Shown one piece after another: positions 51,294-62,300 of a DNA stretch of 64,000 bases (its first letter is position 1; every line of letters begins with the position of its first letter). Source of the DNA: Chrysomallon squamiferum (Eukaryota; Animalia; Mollusca); the NCBI GenBank assembly GCA_012295275.1, contig CM022679.1:31186001-31250000 (forward strand). Reading direction: 5' to 3'. The notes below the pieces were generated by a model, which saw only the letters and a program-made list of their open reading frames with translations, did not search any database and was not told where the DNA came from. Made by a program: the position numbers and the translations under genes.

Positions 51294-53443
51294 TTATTTT
51301 TTTTTTTTTTTTTTTTTTTAAATTACTTTTCAGAAATTGAAGAAACAACGACAGCTGTTGGGTCGACTTCAGACAGTGGTGCACGGTGATCACAGTGACT
51401 CCAACACAATGTTTGAAGTCCTTGACTATTTTCTCAAACGTCTGTCCTCCACTCAGTCAGTGTCCAGGGCTCAGGCTATAAAGGTTATTTATCATCTGTT
51501 TCATTATGTCAATCTCTGGTCTTTGCCTACAAATCTTCTCTTATGTATTAAGTCTGAAAAGTGAAAATATATTTGTGATACACCAAAAAGAAGATATTCA
51601 GCAATAATGTACATGACAAAACAGTATGGTTTGTAGTATCCCAAAATAAACCTGTGACATAAAACAGAATTATAATATGCAAAAATTGTAACTAAATCAG
51701 TAAATAACTATATAACTATCATTTGCTTGTTTTTAAGAATTACGGCATGTCGAACTAAACTTATAATTTGTACAAATAAATTTCATATGATTCCAAAATA
51801 AATTTTCTAATGTGCCATAAAGAAAGGTGAAAGATCCAAAGAAAACAGCAATATACTAAAACAGTTTATGGTATTTATTACTTCAGTTTTATCTCTTTAT
51901 AAAACTGTGTTTCCTCATTTCAGTATAAAACTTATTTTCTGTTATGTAGGGTCTCTCTATGGTCCTGTCAAAGTCTCAGATTTCACAAGATTTAGAATCT
52001 GATGAAAAAATGGAATTGGATTATGATCCAGGGGACACAACTCATGCCTGGCTGCTAGAACATCTTCCATCTTTACCCTTGTTTGAAGAGGTCAAAGGTC
52101 GAGCCTGCCTTGCACTGCGACAGGTAATTCTATTTGTCATCTGTAAGAGATTTTGGGAGGGGTTGCTTTGTTTTTTTGATTAAATTTGTTTACTTAATTT
52201 ACTTATTTACACTTCGCTGTTAGCTGTTTTTAGAATATGAAATTGAATGTGAAATATTTTATATGTTTTAAAGTAAAGTTGAAGTATTTAACTTCTTTTA
52301 AAGTAGATTTTAAAGATTTAATACATTTTAAAGTAAATTTTAAGTACATAAGTGTTTTAAAGAAAATTGTATGTATTTTATATTTTTTATATCAGATTTG
52401 AAATGTTTAGATTGTCTTAAACTAAATTTCAAGTATTTTGTATGTTTTGAGGTAAATGTGTATTATTTAACTTGTTTTAAAGTAAATTTGAAGTATTTCA
52501 TATGTTTTAAAGTAAATTTGAAGTGTTTAACTTGTTTTAAACTAAATTTGAAATGTTTAGCTTGTATTAAAGGTAATTTCAAGTATTTCATGTTTTAAGG
52601 TAAAATGTAGTATTTAACTTGTTTTAAAGTAAATATTTAATATGTTTTCTTCTGCCAGGCATGTCAGATAGAAACTGAACCTTCCCTAGTTAGTGCATAT
52701 GTGATTTTCTTATCCCGGCACGCCATGGATCAGAATTTACACAAGCTTGACGATTTGGCTCTGGTAAGTTTATTTTTACCGCTTTTGTACCTTTAGTGAC
52801 CAAAAATTAGTAATCACTCTGTGTTTCAAATGTTTAGTGTTTAAGTATTTATTTAATAAAAGTCTTCTTTATGTGCATGGCATAACTGCAATGTTTATTT
52901 TTTCATCTGAACTGGTACACCTTTTCTAACGAATACAAATGAATGAGCTGACAAACTTGTATTTCACAACAGGACATAGCACAGCTCATTGTAGAGAGGA
53001 CGTCAGTCGTCAACCACATCCTCCCAGCAGACAGCGATGCCACGAAGTGTGATGGTTTAAGAAACACAACGTTGTCGGCACTGATAGACCTGCACATGAA
53101 CTACCTCGTCAAAGCAAAGGAACCAGACAAAGAGGCTTATTCGTGGGTAATTGACTTTTTTTTTTTTTTTCAGATTGTGGGTAATTCTCAAACCTGGGCT
53201 GATCTATTGTATATTAGTTAATTCTCTGTTCTTTGTTCCATTTACTGATTTTCAAGCCATCATTCAGTTCAGTGTTAAAATAATCGAGTATCAGGGTCAA
53301 ATGACAGGTCCATTTTGATCTGTGCTGTTCTTTATAATTTCAGAGAAATACAGTATATATATATATTTTTTTTTTTTTTTTCTTTACTTCATCCATATAT
53401 TTAGAAATGTGTTCTTTCTTAACAGTTAATTGTTATCAATAAT

Positions 53444-53490
<47 letters not shown>

Positions 53491-56400
53491 TTTCAGTCAA
53501 ACACTCAGGACCAGATCATCTTGCAGTGGGAATCTGGTGAATCAGCTACAATGCACATTCTTGTTGTTCATGCTATGATCATTCTGCTCACATATGGTCC
53601 TCCTAATGGTTAGTAACTTCAAGTTATGATTATATGTCAGTAATAATTTCTTACAGCTCACTGAATAGACCTGATGTGTGATGCTGCAGAACTAATATTT
53701 AATCTTTCTTAACTATGAGGTTTTCTCTTTTCACATTTTGAGAAAACCATCTGATTTGATAGTAAACGAAATCTTGTAAAATGTCTTGATGTGTCATGAA
53801 AAATATATTATATGAATTTATTCATTTGTATTACTGAAGACAGGAAATATATAAAACAAAACACATTTCTGTTTTTAAATAAGGAAAGTATATAAATATA
53901 TTTTTGTATTATAAAATACAGAAAAATAGTATCCTTATAATTCTATTTTATTATTTTTATACTCATATTACTAAATATTGACTCGGAAAGAGATAAAATA
54001 ATAAAATGTAAATAATCAAAACATACTTCAACTGGTTGTTCCTACTAGAGATATATTTTAATACAAAATAAACAGAATAATTTATATATATATATATATA
54101 TAACATGAGTATTGACTTTATATGAGCATCAATAGTTTAATAATAAAAAATAAACTTTAATTTGTAAATAAGTGAAAGATGTTTTAATTTATTTGAAATT
54201 ATCTAAAACATTTTTTTCATTGCTGTGGGATTATTTTAAATTGTTTAATTTTGTTCTTACATTTTTATTATTATTTATTTTTTTTTTTTTTATTATTATT
54301 TTTTTAATTTATCATCATCATTTTTATTTTTCATCGTCTTCTTCTTATTATTATTATTATTTTTATCTTCATCATTATTATTTTCAGGAGAAAGTCTGTA
54401 TAACGACCTCCTAGAAACATGGTTTCCTGAAAATGGCCATCTGCCTTCAGCATTTCTTTTGGATACTTCAGAAGAAGCTTTGCTATTACCTGATTGGTTG
54501 AAACTGAGAATGATCAGGTCAAGTGTGGACAGATTGGTCAATGCAGGTAAAACCGATTTTCTTGTGCATTGATTGATCATTTCATTACTTAAAAGAATAA
54601 TACTTTTTTTTTTTTTTTTTTTTTTTTTTTCAGGAGACTAAAACTGTTTATTTAGTTATTAACAAATTCAAAAGTTGAAAGCATCAAAAGAATTTATAAT
54701 GTTTAAGGAGATTTTTGTTAATCCATTTTTTTATTATTATTATTTTATTTATTTATATTTTATTGTTATTATTTATTTATTTATTTGTTGTTGTTGTTGT
54801 GTTGATGATGTTGTTTCTGAATTAAATTTTTATAGATTTTTTTTTTTTTCATCTCTTCTATTTTATTTTAGTTTTTATTTTTTGTTTTTAACAAATGCCA
54901 CATATTACATTTTTTTTTATCTGATTTGCAGCACTACAAGAACTTGAACCTTCTCAGTTGTTAGTTTTTGTGCAGTCATTTGGAATCCCTGTTTCCAGCA
55001 TGAGCAAACTACTACAGTGTCTTGACAATGCTGTTGCCATCGACTCTGCCAGTCTGGAACAGGCCGTTGTCGACAAGACATACATGGCACAGCTCATTGA
55101 AATTCAACACAAGAGAGGTGCACAAGGGGGAGAGAACTTCAACAAAATGCTTAACCAAGTAATTTCCCCTGTAAAATCAGGTATGACTTTTATCTAACTT
55201 TTTCGTTTTTTTTTTCTTTTTTTTTCTTTTTTTAAATATAATATATAATTTAAAACAATTTTAAGAATTAAATGCAGCAATTAAGAAATGTATTATCATT
55301 TTAAAATTTGAATTAAGATACTATATGAATGATGAATCAGAAAGATAAAGAGAGATGCAGAGTACTAGAATCAGTAAATTTGTTTAATGAAACAGCTCCT
55401 TTACAAGTGAATAAGTCTGTCAGTTTAATTTAAACATTGTTTCAATTAAAATTATAGATTTAATTAGGTTAGTAATAATATCAGAGATTAAAATTATTTG
55501 ACGAGAACGTTTAACGTTTAAATATTATTTATTTATCTATTTATCTGTCTATCTGTCTGTCTATCTAATTAAATATTTATTTATTTAACTTTGTGATAAT
55601 TAATTTTTAGAGAAACAAGATGTGGAGTCTATGGTTACAGAAACAAGTGTTCAGTCGTATTGGCAGGTGAAGAAAGAAGAGGAATCTTTTACTGGTGGTC
55701 AAAGTCAGATTGTACAATCTCTGTTAGATGTAAGTTAGTCCATGTGTCTGTATGTGCATCTGTAACACTTAATGTGGTAGTCCTAGAGCAGTATTGAGAA
55801 AAATCAGTTGTCTGTGTTTCTGTCAGTAATGTGTCATGTATAGTTCAAGTCTAATTCTGCAATTTGTTTTTGAGGTAAAATATCTCTTTATCTGTAAACA
55901 CTTCAAAGTAATTTAAGTCTTCTTGAACTTCCTGTATTAAAGGTAAATCAGTGTGTTTGTGTGTCTCTGTGTCTGTAATATTTACCTGGAAGATAAATGT
56001 TGACTGTTTTGTCATAGTTGAGTTAGTAGATATATGTGTCCAAGGTGGATTAAACCTATAATTACTGCAGACAAGATTTGTAACAATATCAAATAAGCTG
56101 CAGACTACATATAGTGTGTGTATTTCTGTATTAATGTTTTTTTGCTGTTTTATTTACACATCACTGACTGGAAATAGTAACAGTCAGAAATATGATCAAT
56201 ATCAAAATCAAAATTTTTTATTTTCTTGAGAATTAACTTTAAATTTTGTTACTGATGAAATCATTTTCATGTTTAAATAGCTGTATGCATGACAGCTCAA
56301 TTTATAATTTTAACAAAGTCTTTTTGTTTCAGATTTTTATGACACCAGGAATAGCAAGTCCTTCATTAAACAAGACTTTTCAGAATTTATTAAAGGTAAA

Positions 56401-59007
56401 ATTAAAAACTTGCTTAGATGTCAATAAAACCTGTCATTTACTCATTGCTTGTGCAAGTATACAAACAAGACTGAGTAAAATATTAATAATTTTTTATTAT
56501 TGTTATTATATATATATATATATATATTTAAACTTTTTAATATACCTCTGTTAGATACGATGTTATAAGTATTTGAGAATTTCATAGTAATGCACTAAAT
56601 GATTGTTTGTTTATTTATTTATATAAATCTATCAGGTAATAACTGTTGATTTGTTTTCCAGGCAGTGTCAGGTGAAAGTAACAAAGCACAAGAAGTTCTT
56701 TCTGCTCTACAACAAATATTCAACTCTTCACAGAGTGCAGACTTCTGTTGTAAAATGTTTGACATCCCATCAAAGTCATGTCCACTCTTAAAGCTCTTTA
56801 CAGCCAAACAGGTGTGTATTTATTTATATGCCCATCTACATTTCTGTATTATAACCTCTTCAAATTCTTTACAGCCAAACAGGTGTGTATTTATTTATAT
56901 ACCCATCTATATTTCTGTATTATAACCTCTTCAAATTCTTTATAGCCAAACAGGTATGTATTTATTTATATACCCATCTACATTTCTGTATTATAACCTC
57001 TTCAAATTCTTTACAGCCAAACAGGTGTGTATTTATTTATATACCCATCTATATTTCTGTATTATAACCTCTTCAAATTCTTTATAGCCAAACAGGTATG
57101 TATTTATTTATATACCCATCTATATTTCTGTATTACAACCTCTTCAAATTCTTTATAGCCAAACAGGTATGTATTTATTTATATACCCATCTATATTTCT
57201 GTATTATAACCTCTTCAAATTCTTTATAGCCAAACAGGTATGTATTTCTTTACATGTCCAGCTATATTTCTATATTATAATCTCTTCAAATTCTTTATAG
57301 CCAAATAAGTATGCAAATTTCTGTGTTAAAGCTCTTTATATGAATTAGTGTGTGTGTGTGTAAAAATTTTCATTAATTGTTCAGATTTTGTCTTCACAAT
57401 TAAAAATATGTCTATTCTAAAACTTGACTGAAGTATGGATTATTAGTTTATAGACATTATTAAGATAACAAAACGTTAATTGTCATTCAAATAAATGCAA
57501 TTGCTAATTACAGGTGAAGTGAAATACAACTTTCATTTGGTAGATCTCCTAGTCTGTTAGACAAAGATGTTTTTCTGTTACATTTCTAATCTTTGAAGAA
57601 AGAAAATGTATACACTCTTAAATATATTTCTCTCTTTTTTTGTTGTTTTTTTTGTTAACTTTTAGCTTGTTGTCATTTCAGCCATCATTGCATGGTCAGC
57701 TGAAGCCATTGATGGACAAACTGGAGAGTATGTCTAAAGGTCGAAGTTCACCACTGTCGTCCATTGTTTACCAGTTTCTTTCTTCATTTGGTCAACAGAC
57801 AACATCACTCAAACAAGAAGAGAAAGTAGTCCCATCAAAAACATTTCAAACAGAAGGCAAACTGGATTGTCAGAAGTTTATGGAAGGTTGTTGAATGAAA
57901 TAAAAAGTTTATAATCGGCGTTCCATCCATTTTCCTTTTCAAGGACATGTAATATTGGTCTTGATTGAAAAACAATAATAAATATTTCATTTTTAATTCT
58001 TATACCTCCAATAATTAATATCTAGATTAGTTCAAAACCATTCCTGTAGAAAAATTTTACTTGGAATCCATGAAACAGAATATGTAAAATATATTTTTAT
58101 TAACACAATAGTTTAATAATCCTATTTGAATTTTTTGACTTATGATAAATTTAAATTTTGAAGATTAATCTAATAAGTATTAAATTTTAATAATCTTTGC
58201 AGCTTTACACTTAATATTTAGAATCAGTTATTTCATTAAAAAATATTTCATTTACTCTTCCAGTGATTTAATCATGTTTATAAAATAAATTGGGAATATC
58301 TAATTATTATTACAGCACTACAGACAGTGGATGAGTCAAACTTGGAAAGTTTGGTACAGCAGTGTATTGAGCAGTCAGTTGTGATGGAGGACACTAGGAC
58401 CAGTGTTGGAATTGCTTGTAATGTGTTACTAGACTCTGAACAGAGGTATGTTTTCATTCAAGTATAATAATTATTAATCTGACTTTATTTTTATTTATTT
58501 ATTTCTGTCTTTGTGGCTGCGTACAAAGCAATAGCATCTATTTTGTTTATATATATATATTATTTTTTTATTTATTTTATTTAATTTTATTCATCTTTTT
58601 TTTTTTTCTCAGATTTTTTTTATGACAGATTTAATTTTTTTTTTTTTTTCTTTATAAATAATTTGTCGACACTGCTTCAACTTTTGTACTTTTTCAGAGT
58701 ACCTGAATCTGCTGCCTGTCTCTTTATTGATTGGCTGGAACTCCTTGACCCAGAAATCATCCACTCAAACGAAGAGCTTCAAGAGCAACTGTTGTTTGCT
58801 AAGAAGGTTTGTTCTAAAAGTGAGAATGAGAACATGAAGCGGAAGAGGAATCAGCCATATCTGCTGGCTCTTCTTACACACCAGAGTAACTGGACCACTC
58901 TACACAGATGTATTGACCGTCTGCTTCTACCTAAGGAAGGCAGCAGGTAGAGAAACTAATTAACTATTTTTTATTGTTTGTATAAAATGAACAATGAATT
59001 TACCTTC

Positions 59008-59038
<31 letters not shown>

Positions 59039-59273
59039 GTCATTATTATTTGTTTTTTTGTTTAATTTTTTATGTGTTAATTTATTATTTTTATTATTTA
59101 TTTTATCATTTATTATTTTATTACTGGATGAAAAAGTTACTAATTTTTTTTTTTCAACTTTTGTATTCTATGATTTGTTTTTGTTTGTTTTTGTTTTTTT
59201 AATTAATTTTTAATATTATAATTAATAATAAATTGTTTGATATGTATCATCTTTATTCTAACATATTATATAA

Positions 59274-59304
<31 letters not shown>

Positions 59305-62300
59305 AGGTATGATCCTACTGCTGTCCTTGACTTCCTGTGGGCTTGTCTTCACATTCCAAAAATCTGGCAGGGCAGAGAGAGAAAACTACAGGTAACTTAT
59401 CTCACCTGTAATTTTATTTAATCTGATAATATACAACACTTTTGAATGTTAACCATATCAATAGGTTTTAAAATTCTTATCAAAGGCACAGTAGTTAATA
59501 GAATGCATTCTACTTGGATATTATTCCTTTCAGAAAATAATGATTATAAAATGGTTTTCTTGCCAATAATTGTCAAAGAAGGCAGTGGTTAGGTAGCCCT
59601 GAATTTATTTTTTGATATTTTATTACATAAAAATACACTTTATTACCCAAAAGCGTTAACACTAAAATATGAAGCCTTTGATTTGATTTGATTTTTTTCA
59701 GAAATCTTTAAACGAGATGGTTACATTTTTTTTAATTATTTAAACTGGCAGTGACGTTAGATTGTATTCTTGCAAATTGTGTTTTATGCTGATGAGATCT
59801 TTATTTTATTTTATTTTTTTTTTATTTTTTTATTTTATTTTTATATATTTAATTTATTTTTATTTTTTTACTTCTTTTTTTTTTTTATATTTAATTTTTT
59901 TTTATCCATAGACTCACATCAGTGAGGATTTATTTGATCTCAGTGAAAACCATGTGGTTGCTGTGGTGAGCTTCATCATAGAGGAGGCATCATCTCTGTT
60001 AACATCAACTACTACAACTAAGTGTGTCAGTGATGTCACAGCGTGTGTGCAGTGCAGACTAGACTTGCTGCTGTTGTGTCTGGCTGATAAAGATGACAAA
60101 TTGAAAACTGTCATCAATTTCCTACAACAAGGAAATGCAAACAAGAGGTCTGTATTTTATTATCTATGCCACTTTTACACTCTTTTTCTGTCTGTCTGTC
60201 TCTCTTTCATCCTGTTTTTCTCTCTCTCTCTCTGTCTCTGTCTCTGTTTCCATCTATACCTCTATCCCTATCTTTCTCTCTCTCATCCTATATGAATGAC
60301 TAATGTGTCTTTATATGGATAATATATAAATAGTATAATGTATTGGCACAAACATCCTATTCTCTTTAATTATCTTGTCATTACCAAATAAATTACACTT
60401 ATTACTGTAGGTATTAAATTTTAAATGTTTTAAGGAAGTTTTAGACAAAATTCACTCCTGAAATTCTTTATATTTCAGTCCAAAAGAGAGTGTGTACCAC
60501 AGTTTGTTTTTGGAACTTTATCTCCATCGGCCTTACATACTGTCCTGGTTGCCTAGCAACAGTCCATTTCTGACAGATCTGAATAGTGCATCTCTGAGTC
60601 AGAGTGAGGTAAAGTAAAACTGTGATATAATGTAATAGAAATAAAAAATAAAAAATGTATAAAATAAGTAAGAGAACTCTGCAAAAGAAAATGAATGTTA
60701 CAGATCAAACTACATTGTAATGTAATAAGAATGGTCCAGAAAGGAAATGTTTAAACAAACAACTGGAATAACTAGGCTAAAGAAAATGAAAACATTAAAT
60801 TATAATAGAATAAAACACTGCTCTTGTATGAAAAAAAAAAAAAAAAAAAAAAAATTGTCTTACATGTAACATAGGTAGGTGTGTGTGTGTGTGTGCGTGT
60901 GTGTGTGTATGAAAAGTCTTAATTTTATTTTTGAGGACTAAGACAGCATACATCTGTGTTAAAGTTTATCTGTCTGTCTATCTGCGCTAAAGTGTGTGTG
61001 CATGCATATGTCTATTAAACATTTTTGAAAATGAATATCAGTATGTTTAGATAAATATATCTGTGAGTGGTAGATGAATATATTTGTATCTGTATATGAT
61101 GAGTTTACATGTTTTGTGTATATTCCATGTAAAAGGAAAACTTGAAAACTGTATTTTGACATCTACAGATGGATACTATCACCCATCGAATCATCACTGC
61201 ACTGGGAAATGCCAGAAGTGGGAAGGTAGCTGAAAAGCGGATGTCTGACGCTAACCTGACTTGCAGAAAACTAGCAGCTGAGCATCCATCTTTGTTGTTG
61301 AGGTGTGGTCATTATTTTTCTATAATCTGAATTTATTATAACAATATTTGATATAACAGAGAAAAAGATATATTTTAAACCTAATAATAATTGTTAAATT
61401 ACTTAATTATATTACATTAACATAAATGCATCAGTGTAGATATATAGTTAGATGTATGGAAGGAAGGGCACTGTTAGAGTTAACAAGTTTAAAAGAATAA
61501 AATGATAATATGAAAGCATACACAAACAACACCAAACACACCATCAACATACACTCAAAATACACAAACAGTAAAAACAAGCACACACCAGCACATAACA
61601 TACATAAAAACTGACAAACAGTCACACAGACAACACAGAAGTGTAATTTTAATGAAAATTATTAAATTTAAACATTTATTTTTGCAGACAGCTGCCAATG
61701 TTAGCTGCCATTCTACAAGGGAAGACTCAGTTCACATTTGGCGAGATGACTCACAGAAATTTCATTCGACTGTTCAACTACTGCCTGGGACTTCTCGAGT
61801 TACTTCAGCCTCACATCTTTAGACGTGAACATTCCTGTCTAGCTGATGTACTAGAATCATACTTCTCACTGATCAAGGTAAATTAGTAATTTCTTTGGAG
61901 GATTTGTTTTTTTCAAGAATATTTTTAGTTTTTTTAATTTTTATTATTATTATTATTATGTTTTTTTATCACTTATGTTTATTCAGCAGAGTTTGAATAC
62001 TCTGGTATCCTAAATATTCATCAGGGCACCTAATTAAAAAAAAATGCAATTTTACGTTAATATCCATGTAGCAGAAATATATAAATATGTAAGTATATTA
62101 CTAACCTAAACTTTTTCAAATTCTAAGTAATTTTTTGGACCAAAGATAAATTAAAATTGGAATGCTAATGAATATATTCTGTTTTATTTATTTAATATTA
62201 AATTTTAATTATGACTACAACTTCGTACCTGGATGTGTTTTCATTGCAGACCCATGGCAGAGACAACAGACAGCTGAATCTTCTCATTGTCAAGTTTGTC

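Noticed and set aside
52371-52598. Repetitive FKVNLK ORF
   Set aside because: Translation of the 30 bp intronic minisatellite; not needed for the INTS1 frame.
56784-57312. CRISPR-like appearance of the regular 71 bp array
   Set aside because: Whole units are near-identical with no unique spacers, there are no cas genes, and the context is a eukaryotic intron.
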